Of a stretch of 39,090 nt of DNA, positions 25,051-36,118 are shown in pieces. The translations under genes were made by a program, and so were the position numbers. Within the stretch, counting starts at the first letter, position 1. Every line of letters begins with the position of its first letter. The notes below the pieces were generated by a model that saw only the letters and a program-made list of their open reading frames with translations, searched no databases and was not told the origin of the DNA. Source of the stretch: Octopus bimaculoides (Eukaryota); NCBI RefSeq assembly GCF_001194135.2, contig NC_068984.1:113384520-113423609 (forward strand), in the 5' to 3' direction.

Positions 25051-26442
25051 GAGCAAATAATATACAAATGTAGCAAGGTTATATCAACTGTAAAAATGAT
25101 ACACAAGATACGATGCCCGACAAAATACAAACACAGGACGATAAGTTGCACATCATGAAGGATTTCATGTAGTACAATAATATATTTATATCAACTAAGG
25201 CACCAAAATCCGCCTGTAAACCTCTATTGCCTTGTTGACGGCATTTCATACTTATGAGAAAAGACCAGGATTAGCTTTACACATGAGTAAATCTTAAGAG
25301 TTAATTACTACTGGAATCAATATGGTTAATACATAACCATTTGAAAACTTCTACAGACTTTGCCTTAAGATCATACTAAGAATTTCTTATCACAAACACG
25401 ACGCGAATCAAGAAGTGATTGAAAGGGCCATGAGCCAGAAGATACTTGTCCGTGTGCTAAGCACGCCCAGAAAAAGATCAATGAGAACTTCTCTTCGGGG
25501 ACAACTGGAGATGGGAGCAATAGGCAACACGAAAGACCTGTTAAGATCTGGTTGAGAACTATGGGATAAGATTTGGCTGATATACACCTTGTCTGGAAGT
25601 AGGTTCATAATAGGGTTTAAACATGGATGCATGTGACATCAGAAAGAACTAACATACACACACACAAGTGAATATATGTCATAAATAACGATAACCTACA
25701 GACTTCACACTTCAAGAAAACTGAACTGGCTACAGGAACTAATTCACCTTAAAATAGTACCTAAAAGTGATGCTGGAACACGGAGCTTCCATTTGATCAT
25801 GTCATCATTTTGTTTACTAATATACACTTCAAAAACATAGTGAATGAGAAAAAGGTACTGTAAAGTCAAAGATTTCGCTCCATCATCTAACTTTTCTTTC
25901 TCCATCCTTGTTTAAATCTTCTCCTTAGTTTCAGGCTTTTCTCTCTTTCTCTCTTTCTTTCTTTCTTTCTTTCTGTGTCTCTGTCTCTCTCTGTCTCCTT
26001 CTCTCACCTATGTTTCATTTACCTCCCATCCTTATTCTACTTCACTCTTCATTTAGTTATTATTCTTATTTCTATTACTCTCTAAACCTCTTACTTCATA
26101 CTTTTTCTCTTCACATCTGATCTCATTCTGATGTTTCAGTATATGTCAACCCTACATACAGGATGTGAATAATTAAACAGATACGACGTTTTATGATATT
26201 GGATATAATAGAAGTTATTTTCAAGAATTTTAGTTGAAGTGTGTAAAAACTTAGACTATAAACTACTTTCAAAATATAAACCCTAAAATCCCAAATGGTT
26301 GGCGAAAACCTAAGACTGGGGATAAAACATCATTAGCAGCTCTGTTTTATAGTGGAATATATTGAGCTATAATATACAATGCTGAGTTTATTGCCTTTTA
26401 AAAGAAAACAATTTCAGATATATATTTTTAAAGGTATTTATG

Positions 26443-26555
26443 TGCAGATGTGGCTGTGTGATTCGCTTCACGGCCACATTTGAGTTCATCCCCTGGTCGA
26501 TTAATGTATTGTAAGTTAGTTTGGTAGACAGAAAATGCGTAGAACCACCGTCTTT
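26443..26555 (+). mobile_element. Degraded SINE family 3 head
   Basis: gcagatgtggctgtgtg...gagttcatccc...gtagacagaaaatg resembles 38151-38320 with deletions. Confidence 0.45.
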
Positions 26556-26565
26556 ATACTGACAG

Positions 26566-26644
26566 ATAGATAGATAAATAGATAGATAGATAAATTTCTT
26601 TATTTTATTTATTTGTTTTGTTTTTTAGATAGATAGATAGATAA

Positions 26645-26682
<38 letters not shown>

Positions 26683-26730
26683 TTCTTTATTTTATTTATT
26701 TGTTTTTTCTTTTAGATAGATAGATAGATT

Positions 26731-26784
<54 letters not shown>
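26566..26784. repeat. (GATA)n satellite with a duplicated T-rich spacer
   Basis: Spacer atttctttattttatttatttgtttt occurs at about 26594 and about 26681. Confidence 0.9.
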
Positions 26785-26904
26785 CGCGTGTCTTTCTGCT
26801 TTGTGTGTGGGTATCAATAAAGGGTCATAAAGGGTACAAAGTATTTCAATACAAGACAGTATTAAGAAGTTGTTAAAATTTTGAAGCTGCTTGATATGAT
26901 GCCC

Positions 26905-26964
<60 letters not shown>

Positions 26965-27135
26965 GGGAGAATATACGAAAAAACAACAACAGACGAGGAC
27001 AGGTGGTGTAAATAACAAAAGGATGTATTAGTATGACGCTCGGGAATACGGAAAGTCTTTGACGTTTCGAGCTACGCTCTTCAACAGAAAGAATACGGAG
27101 ACAAGGAGAAAAACACGGAGAAAAAAAATTGAATA
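26965..27135 (-). mobile_element. Penelope-like short element carrying a hammerhead
   Basis: Same family as 35525-35720 and 651-718; minus-strand 3' end abuts (TA)n at 26939-26964. Confidence 0.7.
27056..27092 (-). ncRNA. 37-nt minimal type-I hammerhead variant (CUGUUGA core)
   Basis: Minus strand: TCTTT-CTGTTGA-A-GAG-CGTAG-CTC-GAAA-CG-TC|AAAGA. 5-bp stem I, 3-bp stem II, ACGT palindrome, GUC site; position 6 is U instead of A. Confidence 0.75.
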
Positions 27136-27844
27136 GTGTCCAGTCAACGGTCAATTATAATAATGGCTGATCATAANNNNNNNNNNNNNNNNNNNNNNNN
27201 NNNNNNNNNNNNNNNNNNNNNNNNNNNNNNNNNNNNNNNNNNNNNNNNNNNNNNNNNNNNNNNNNNNNNNNNNNNNNNNNNNNNNNNNNNNNNNNNNNNN
27301 NNNNNNNNNNNNNNNNNNNNNNNNNNNNNNNNNNNNNNNNNNNNNNNNNNNNNNNNNNNNNNNNNNNNNNNNNNNNNNNNNNNNNNNNNNNNNNNNNNNN
27401 NNNNNNNNNNNNNNNNNNNNNNNNNNNNNNNNNNNNNNNNNNNNNNNNNNNNNNNNNNNNNNNNNNNNNNNNNNNNNNNNNNNNNNNNNNNNNNNNNNNN
27501 NNNNNNNNNNNNNNNNNNNNNNNNNNNNNNNNNNNNNNNNNNNNNNNNNNNNNNNNNNNNNNNNNNNNNNNNNNNNNNNNNNNNNNNNNNNNNNNNNNNN
27601 NNNNNNNNNNNNNNNNNNNNNNNNNNNNNNNNNNNNNNNNNNNNNNNNNNNNNNNNNNNNNNNNNNNNNNGTGTTGGGGTGTGGTGGGATGAGCTTATGA
27701 GGGGGTGTTGACGATGAAGGGGGAAGGGGAAGGCGGATGTAATAGAGGGGGAAGATGGGTATGGGAGGGGAGAGAAAGCGAGGAAGAGAGGAGAGAGGGA
27801 GGAGTACGAGAGAGAAGAGAGTGAGAGAGAGTAAGAGAGAGGAG

Positions 27845-28042
27845 AGAAAGAGTAGGGGTGAAGAGAAGTGGGAGTGAAGAGAAGTAGGAAGAGAAGTTGG
27901 AGTGAAGAGAAGTAGGAGTGAAGAGAAGTAGGAAGAGAAGTGGGAAGAGAAATAGGAGTGAAGAGAAGCAGGAATGAAGAGAAGTAGGAGTGAATAGAAG
28001 TAGGAGTGAATAGAAGTAGGAGTGAAGAGAGGTGAAGAGACG
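27845..28042. repeat. 16-bp purine-rich minisatellite (gagtgaagagaagtag)n
   Basis: About 10 imperfect units before the gap. Confidence 0.85.
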
Positions 28043-28649
28043 NNNNNNNNNNNNNNNNNNNNNNNNNNNNNNNNNNNNNNNNNNNNNNNNNNNNNNNNNA
28101 TATATATATATATATATATATAACGTATGTGTATTTCAGTTACAGCCCTATTTGCCGATTACTTCTTAGAGTCTGGAAATATTTGCTTAAGTAATTTCAA
28201 GACCACAATTATATATTAAATTTGGATTTCTAGATGACGTAATATATACAAGAACTGAATCTAATCTCTTACTGTAAGAATTAAAACACATGAGATATTA
28301 TTCATCATATAATTGGGTCACACGATTACAAAAACATTAGATTCGTATTTAATTAATATATGAGCTTTAGACTGGCTGTTTTGGGTGTAAAACTGGAAAC
28401 TACCTTCAATTGATTAAAGGTGTCGGTGCAACGCGAAATCAAATTTCCAAAACAGGAATAAAAATGAATAAACGAAAGTGATGCGACTGAGGAAGTGGAA
28501 CAAGAAGCATGAGTCACAGGAACTAGTTTCCAAAACGCAAAACTAAGGTCACTAACAGAAATCTAGTAGTATACATAGCTGATACAAAATTCATTTATTT
28601 ATTTACTTATTTATTTATTTACTCATTTATTTACTTATTTATTATAAGT

Positions 28650-28850
28650 CGTGGATTAGTAGAGTGTGCGTCGAGGTCATTGTTCTGTAGTATTTTTCCG
28701 GCTTTTTACGTTCTGAGTTCAAATCTCACATGGTCAACGTTGCTTTTCATCTCCGCAGGGTTGATAAAATAAAACACTGGGCTCGATGCTATCAGTTAAC
28801 CCTCTCCCCTTAAGAATTATTTGATGTATTCCTAAACCAGAAACAATATT
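28650..28850 (+). mobile_element. Degraded SINE family 1
   Basis: tacgttctgagttcaaat...gcttttcatc...gggttgataaaataa...actgggctcgatg. Confidence 0.7.
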
Positions 28851-29089
28851 TAATTTATTTATTTTATTATTTATATAACAAGAAATACAACGAAATTTCT
28901 TATGAACCTAAGTGAGAAACATGACGTTAGAAATTTATTTACAAGATTTGCTATATTAGCTATACACGTAAGACGTTGCAACTTGTAAGTTGTCTTCGAA
29001 ATGATTATTTTTTGATTCCTGTTTTTTTATTTCATTACTTTTATTTGACAAAAATGTGGTTCATATTTATAAGTAGTACTGTACATGGT

Positions 29090-31110
29090 GCCTTACCTTC
29101 AAATGAAGCAGAGATATTTGATGTAGATTCTTTAGGAACACTTGAATAAAGACCAACAACGATTCATCTTGATATTTTTGCCGAAGTTCAACACTCTACC
29201 GATCCTTTATTTCCATTTGTAACACTTTTTGTGCCATCTTTTCATCCTGATACTAAAATAGAAACGATGTATTATAATATTGGATATAGCAAAAATATGA
29301 GAATCGCCATTTATAACTTTGCAATCATCAACTCTGGAGCTAAGTCTTTTTTTTTTTTTTAATCCATTAGCCCATGAGCAATCTAACGTTTTCAGCCTTC
29401 TCGTGATGGGTAAATAGAAAATATCGCCAGTTTTGAGTTGATTCACTCAAATTGGAATTTATATTTCAAAAGGCTCAGTTGAGAATATGTTTCATGAATT
29501 GATTGATTTGCTTACAATTCTGAATAAAGATTGTTTAAATGGGTGAAATATCGAGGAGAAATGCACGATATCAAATGATGTCAGTATTCTTGAAATTGGA
29601 AGGCGACGAACTGGCAGAATCATTAGCATGCTAGGCAAAATGTTTAGCAGTATTTCGACCGCCTTTACATTCTGAGTTCTAATCTTGCCGAAGCTGATTT
29701 TGTCGTTCATCCTTTCGGAGTCGATAAAATAAGTACTAGTCCAGTACTGGAGTCGATGCAATTGATTTATTACCTCTCTCGAATGTGCTGGTCTTGTGCT
29801 GGGGACAAATTAACCTTTCTTCTCAGAAAACTGCATATGTCTCTGATTCTATAAAAATGTGGAAGCATCTTTCCTTTGCTCAAGCAACGAACAGCACAAA
29901 AGTATATCATATCGTCATGCTCGGATTCAAGATTTTCTAGAAATTGATGAAAATGGTTATCATTAAGCTCTCGTACTTTTATGAAATTGAGATTTGAAAT
30001 AACGACATGCATCAGATTTTAAGCTTACCGCCTTGGCACATTAATGCAATGAAATGAAATATTGCAAAGACGTCTTCCGTTAAATCTAGAGAAGTTCATT
30101 CTGATATCAATTTAGAAAGACAATTTATCTCTGAGCCAGCGGCGCTTTCATTTCATATACTGACGGCCTTTTAAAGGGATTTACAAGTTTGTTATGGCTT
30201 TCTTTCTTTCTTCATGACTACTGTTTCCCTAACTGTATCTTTCATTGTTTAAATACAAAGCATTTCTGTAGTAACATTAAAATCTTTATCAACACCACGC
30301 ATAAAATCTGCAAGTTGAACTGAATCTGACATGTCGGTACTTTCATCGATAGCCAAGGGAAATTAAACAAATTTTTCAGGTGTTCGGCAATGATTGTTCT
30401 GCTAGCATAAGCTTAATATCTGCTGAAATTTCTTCAGCCTGTCTTATTACTGTTCTTCGAGACAAGTTAGTTTTGAACTTTCACTTTTACAAAAGTTTTG
30501 CAAATACCAGTAAGCATTTTATTGCAAATTCACGTGACAACGCTATAAATTTCAGCTGAAAATAAAAATTTGATTTCAAGTATTTCTTAACAGATTTTAC
30601 CATTAAAATAATTGTTAAATCCCTTGGCTACTTTGTTTCGAACAATATAGCTTGTGTGCACAATTTCTAAAAATCTGAGTATCTTTTAGAGAAGATATTT
30701 AGGTTACCGATCTGTTTCTTAAGCGTTTCGATTTTAAGCTTTCTAATATTTTCTTTGAATATTTAATATCCAGAAAGTTTTAAAATTTAATGATGCTTGA
30801 TAGTAAATCCTTTGAATTTAGAAAAGGATTCAAAACATATAAGACTCATCGGTGTGTTATTTTTTTTTTTATTGCAACAATGAAGTAACCTTTTGGGCAC
30901 TTATCCTGAGATTTTCTCATTTCTTCGTAAAGTCATAGATTATGTTTATCAAAGCCCCAGAATGGCCTCACAGTAACAACACTTTTCTTCTAAGTCTTGG
31001 ATTGTTTTTTTTTTCTTGTATTTGATGAAAGAAATCTTTCCCGAAATATTATGAAAGCATCAAACATCGTTGGTAAGATAATACAACTTCTTTTCTTTTT
31101 GTGCATTTAT
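29090..31110 (-). pseudogene. Decayed hAT transposase of the SPIN / GTF2IRD2 / EPM2AIP1-like group
   Basis: Minus remnants: YFIVAIKKNNTPMSLICFES; FPLAIDESTDMSDSVQLADFMRGVDKDFNVTTEML; NFIKVRELNDNHFHQFLENLESEHDDMIYFCAVRCLSKGKMLPHFY; RAFLLDIS. Boundaries approximate. Confidence 0.85.
29600..29800 (+). mobile_element. SINE family 1 (tail type i) nested in the hAT transposase
   Basis: Full head and tail; transposase similarity resumes on both sides. Confidence 0.88.
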
Positions 31111-32071
31111 TGACATCAGCAGACACTAACATATTTTGCTTAACTTCACACCGGGGTTGCTCAGTTTTTTTTTGTTTTTTTTTTTAAGCATTTATATCAT
31201 TTACATGTTGCACTGCTCGAAGCACATTACTATACACTTTTATTAAATTTTAAAAATTTACAACGCTTAGCAAATTCAAAATCATCAGGTAAACTTACCT
31301 AAAAATCACACAGATGTTAATGAATACTTTTCTTTTACTAACACATTTATTAACAATGCAACAGGTATTAATAAATAAAGTAGATTATTAATATTAACAA
31401 TTTTTAAAATCTATGATTTTAATACACTCAATAATAAAAGTAAACCAATAAAAGTAAGGGAGATTACTGTAGCATTCAATAACTATTTTCCCGTGACACG
31501 AGCTACACCAAAATTCACTTGAAAGAAACTGTGGGAAAATGAAAAAGAATGAAGTGAAGAATAAAAATAAGAAAGAAGTGAACAAAATATGATTAACAAG
31601 CTTATTATACAGGGATATTCATGGAATTAAGTATGATAGATAAAGATCAAGAAAAATCCTTCATATTGCCCCTGGGCCACAGGTTACTCAGAAGTGAGCT
31701 AGATAATATACAACTGACAGACAAAATATAGAAGGTCAGATTAAATAAAATTGATTGACAGCTGCGGCGAGTAGGATAACTAAACGCCTTCAATATAAAT
31801 GGACATTTTGCTTTAAAAAAATTTAGCGGAAAAAAAATTACATATTAATTTGTATCTTGGGAATGTCAGGTTCTACTAAAAAGAAGATCTCTTATATTTG
31901 ACAGTTATGAAGAAGAGAATATTCTACGAAGAGAATTCTAATTCATAACTGTACGATTATCTGACGCAAATACAATTTTCAATGTTTACTCTGTCTGTAA
32001 AGATGAAAAAGAAAGGCATTAGATTTGACATTTTGAAATACAAATGAGTTTAGATTTCATTTATTGTTCGC

Positions 32072-32121
<50 letters not shown>

Positions 32122-32425
32122 CCTTTTAAAATAATTATGTATTTGACATATTGTTTTAACTTATGATATTTATTGACTTCTTAGAAGATATAGTTGAACT
32201 TACCAAATCGTCATACGGTATAAGTTAATAGATGTCTTCTACTTCTACTATAGAGGTTTTCAAATGTTTTATCATATATTAACTTTATTGATTCCAATAA
32301 TAATTATTTAAACTTTAAAGATTAAACTCTAAAGATTTGAGCAAACCTTATAATGTCTATCGCGTGTTGTACGATACTTTAACACTAATAAGCTGTTATA
32401 TCTTCCTTTTAATCGAATAAGTATT

Positions 32426-32617
32426 TATTTCTTTATTGCCCACAAGGGGCTAAACATAGAGGGGACAAATAAGGAGAAACAAAGGGATTAAAACGATTAC
32501 ATCGATTCCAGTGCATAGCTGGTACTTATTTAATCCACCCCGAAAGGATGAAAGGCAAAGTTGAAATACCGCTAAGCACTTCGCCCAGCGTGCTAACGAT
32601 TCTGCCAGCTCACCGCC
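32426..32617 (-). mobile_element. SINE family 1 (tail type iii) with an 18-bp target-site duplication
   Basis: tttaatcgaataagtatt at 32408-32425 and 32618-32635; an internal deletion removes the B box. Confidence 0.92.
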
Positions 32618-32666
32618 TTTAATCGAATAAGTATTAGATTCTATCAATAATTATACATATTCATAT

Positions 32667-32877
32667 AAGGCAGCGAGCTAACAAAATGGGTTAAATGGGT
32701 TGCGGCATTTCTTCTGACTTCGCGTTCTCAGTTCAAATTCCGCCGATGTCAGCTTTGCCTTTCATCCTTTCGGAATTGATAAAATAAGTACCAGCTGAAT
32801 ACTGGAGTTGATGTAATTGAATTACTCCTTCCTTGAAATTGCTGGCCTTGTGTCAAAATCTGTAATCAATAATTATT
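32667..32877 (+). mobile_element. SINE family 1 (tail type i)
   Basis: B-box cagttcaaattccgccg; tail gaaattgctggccttgtgtcaaaa followed by aataattatt. Confidence 0.85.
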
Positions 32878-33260
32878 GTTGGCACTCTGTCGGTTACGAC
32901 GTTGAGAGTTCCAGTTGATCCGATCAACGGAACAGCCTGCTCGTGAAATTAACGTGCAAGTGGCTGAGCACTCCACAGACACGTGTACCCTTAACGTAGT
33001 TCTCGGAGATAATCAGCGTGACACAGAGTGGGACAAGGCTGGCCCTTTGAAATACAGGTACAACAGAAACAGGAAGAAAGAGTGAGAGAAAGCTGTGGTG
33101 AAAGAGTACAGCAGGGTTCACCACCATCCCATGCGGGAGCCTTGTGGAGCTTTAGGTGTTTTCGCTCAATAAATACTCAGAACGCCCGGTCTGGGAATTG
33201 AAACCGCGATCCTATGACCGCCAGTCCACTGCCCTAACCACTGGGCCATTGCGCCTCCAT
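32878..33260 (-). mobile_element. tRNA-derived SINE family 2, full length
   Basis: Minus head ggaggcgcaaTGGCCCAGTGGTTAGG...GGTTTCAATTCC; placed tail-to-tail with the preceding SINE. Confidence 0.85.
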
Positions 33261-33728
33261 ATATTTACATACATTATCAGTATCGCATATCAGTATATGT
33301 GTTGTTAAACGGCAGGAGATGTGACTTTTCACGAACGTGCGTTAAACGTCAGAATCTGCGGATTTTTATATTATTAACCTGCTTCTAATTCATAATTTGA
33401 ATTTAAATATACGTTAGAAGATATCTGTTTAATGTTGACCTAAGCCGACAGTTAAACGTAACTAGAATTTAGAATTGATACATAGAAACGGAATGATTTG
33501 GGTATATATTAGATATATCGCTTAAACACCTAAAGATAATTTAGTTAACATTTCATTCTTTAATCCCAGAATAAATTCATTCAAGAAGACTATAATCTTT
33601 TTTGTCTTCATAGTAGATAGAAAACTTGATCTTTATTTTTCCACGTAAATAGATTAACTATGAAACTAAATAAATAAAAATGCTCATGCTTTACAAAATC
33701 AGGCATGTGCCTCCAATAGTAAAAACTT

Positions 33729-33879
33729 ACTATTTTTGATTTCAAATTTTGCCAGATATAGATTCAGCTTCTGTGGATAAAAAGACTCCAGGCGATGTAG
33801 TTAATAAATATATCCGCTGGAGTCTTTTTACCCACAGAAGCCGAATCTATATTTGGCAAAATTGAAAATTAAAAATAGT
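33729..33879. repeat. Long near-perfect foldback (63-bp arms, 25-nt loop)
   Basis: 33729-33791 vs reverse complement of 33817-33879: 57/63 identical by hand count; weaker similarity extends about 25 nt outward. Confidence 0.92.
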
Positions 33880-33891
33880 CTTTATTATATG

Positions 33892-34190
33892 TAGGCACGT
33901 GGCCTAGTGGTTAGAGCAGCGGACCTTGCGGTTGAGGGATAGCAGGTTCGGATGTCAGACCGGGTGATATGTGTGTTTATGAGCGAAACATCTAAGCTTC
34001 ATGTGGCTCCATCAGAAGGTAGTGGCGAACAGCTGCTGACTCTTTCGCCACAACTTTCCCTCATTCTTTCCTCCTACATCTAGCAGCTCATCTGCGACAG
34101 GCCGGCTTTCCGTTCAGGTGGGGAACCTATACGCTATACCGGCCCTTGTGAGTCAAGCATGGCTCGAGAAGGAACAAACAACATCAAGTT
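33892..34190 (+). mobile_element. SINE with a family-2 head and a different 3' part
   Basis: TGGCCTAGTGGTTAGAG A-box, GGTTCGGATGTC B-box-like motif, gagcgaaacatctaagct shared with the 32878-33260 head. Confidence 0.8.
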
Positions 34191-34214
34191 TTTATTATTA
34201 CCTCCATCTTCGCT

Positions 34215-34392
34215 TGTTTTACAGGCCATGCTGTAGCACCACCTTTAGTCGAACACAGACCCCAGTACTTATTCTTCGTAAGCCTAGTACTTATTTTATC
34301 GGTCTCTTTTGCCGAACCGCTATGTAACGGGAACGTAAACACACCAACAGCGGTTATCATGTTATGGTGGGAGGACAAACACAAGCATACAG
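34215..34392 (-). mobile_element. SINE family 3, 3' half
   Basis: ggccatgctgtagcaccacctttagtcgaac...aagcctagtacttatt...gtaaacacacc; reverse complement of the 38350-38500 type. Confidence 0.8.
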
Positions 34393-34554
34393 ATATATAT
34401 ATATATATATATATATATANNNNNNNNNNNNNNNNNNNNNNNNNNNNNNNNNNNNNNNNNNNNNNNNNNNNNNNNNNNNNNNNNNNNNNNNNNNNNNNNN
34501 NNNNNNNNNNNNNNNNNNNNNNNNNNNNNNNNNNNNNNNNNNNNNNNNNNTATA

Positions 34555-35060
34555 TAGGTTATGAGCGATAGTGGTGTCAGTTAGACCCAAAGGTTTCAGG
34601 TAATGCTGAGTAAGTGCTATGGATAGACCACAGTTAAGCTCCAGGTTCGGTGATTATGCGAATAAGGGGTCCAACGTAGGTCATATATCAGCGTGTGAAT
34701 ATAAGGATTTACTTTCGGAATGAGATAAAAAAAAACAAGGCTGTGTATAATATAGAACATCTATAAACAGAATGTCTTACAGCTGTTTCCAGGAAATTTA
34801 TTATATCCCTTCATCAGAGACGGTGTGAGAGGATGGTTAAGTAATAGTTAGTTTAGTTAGGATAGGAAATAGAGAGTGAATGTAGGGATATTGTATTTTT
34901 AAATCCATTGTTTAGGCAGAATGGTATACGTATAAGATTCCAATAGCTTGTGAGTAAAATCCAATTGTCTTTAAGATTGGTCATTGCATTTGTAAATCCA
35001 TTATTAAGATTCCAATACCATATGAATAAAATCCAAGAGTCTTTGAAATTGGTTATTCCA
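34555..35060 (-). mobile_element. Penelope-like element end carrying a hammerhead
   Basis: Hammerhead at 34774-34821; minus-strand 3' end runs into tata and a gap at 34551; imperfect tandem duplication upstream. Confidence 0.6.
34774..34821 (-). ncRNA. Type-I hammerhead ribozyme (8-nt palindromic helix III)
   Basis: Minus strand: GTCT-CTGATGA-AGGGA-TATAATAAAT-TTCCT-G-GAAA-CAGCTG-TA|AGAC. 4-bp stem I, canonical CUGAUGA, palindrome ACAGCTGT, GUA site; one extra G before G12. Confidence 0.85.
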
Positions 35061-35156
35061 AATACAGAGGTTATACACAGTGTTATTGACTCAAGGCTTC
35101 TGTTTAAAGTGACATTCCCTGTTCTTAGGTCACTTTTGACCTTTCCCCATACATTT

Positions 35157-35188
35157 AAAGCCATGAACTTTTCAGCACCACCTCGTAT
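35157..35188 (-). mobile_element. Solo mariner-type terminal inverted repeat
   Basis: Minus strand TA-CGAGGTGGTGCTGAAAAGTTCATGGCTTT, the same TACGAGG class as 22197; no partner seen. Confidence 0.55.
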
Positions 35189-35524
35189 AATAAATACACA
35201 AATAATTTCTTTATAAAACATAGAACTACAATTGATACGTTTACCTAGATTTTCTGTTGTAAGTAGTATTATATATGTTAAGTTTTGAGACATCAAAACG
35301 CCTGTATTAATTGAATGATGTGTCATTCACGTATCATTTGAAACAGTCCTCTAAGATCGAGTAGTCTCTCCATTACCATTGTTCGTAGCAACACAAGAAA
35401 AATAATGAATGTATATATCGGCTGAATGTACTATTTGTATATGACAACAGAAGTGTAACCTCCCAGTAGCCATTATGATACGAATATAGGTGGATACACA
35501 AGCGCGCGCATATACATATATATG

Positions 35525-35720
35525 TGATTCAAATTTATAGCAAAAACAAAGGTGAAGACAGGTGTAGGAACAGCCAGCAAGTGTATTAGTGCGACACTCT
35601 GGAAAAATGGAAAAGTCTTTTACATTTCAAGCCTACGCTCTTCGACAGAAAGGAATGAGAGGAAAGAAATAGAGAGAGAATGAAAAACAAACTTGTTGAA
35701 TTCAGTGGTGTAACATATGT
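35525..35720 (-). mobile_element. Penelope-like short element (family of 26965) with a degenerate hammerhead
   Basis: gacaggtg...gtgtattagt...aaagtcttt-ac-tttc-ag-ctacgctcttc-acagaaag aligns with 26995-27092. Confidence 0.7.
35617..35652 (-). ncRNA. Degenerate minimal hammerhead (paralog of 27056-27092)
   Basis: Minus strand: CTTT-CTGTCGA-A-GAG-CGTAGG-CTT-GAAA-TG-TA|AAAG; ACGT has become ATGT and CTC has become CTT. Confidence 0.55.
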
Positions 35721-35887
35721 ATATATATNNNNNNNNNNNNNNNNNNNNNNNNNNNNNNNNNNNNNNNNNNNNNNNNNNNNNNNNNNNNNNNNNNNNNNNN
35801 NNNNNNNNNNNNNNNNNNNNNNNNNNNNNNNNNNNNNNNNNNNNNNNNNNNNNNNNNNNNNNNNNNNNNNNNNNNNNNNNNNNNNNN

Positions 35888-35927
<40 letters not shown>

Positions 35928-36049
35928 TACATGTACACACACATGTGTGTATATATATATACTACACACGCATACACATATGTGTGTGTATGCATGAGTG
36001 TGTATCTATATATAAATTTAAATGAATATATATGTATGTATATATACAT

Positions 36050-36082
<33 letters not shown>

Positions 36083-36087
36083 TATAT

Positions 36088-36118
<31 letters not shown>

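Noticed and set aside
25400-25640. Possible LINE C-terminal remnant
   Set aside because: Motifs too degenerate to assign.
28485-28520. CTGAGGA motif followed by GAAG...GTC
   Set aside because: No GAAA and no stems.
34853-35326. 157-aa minus-strand ORF
   Set aside because: It crosses a solo TIR and a tandem duplication, has no recognisable domain, and is probably a chance open frame.
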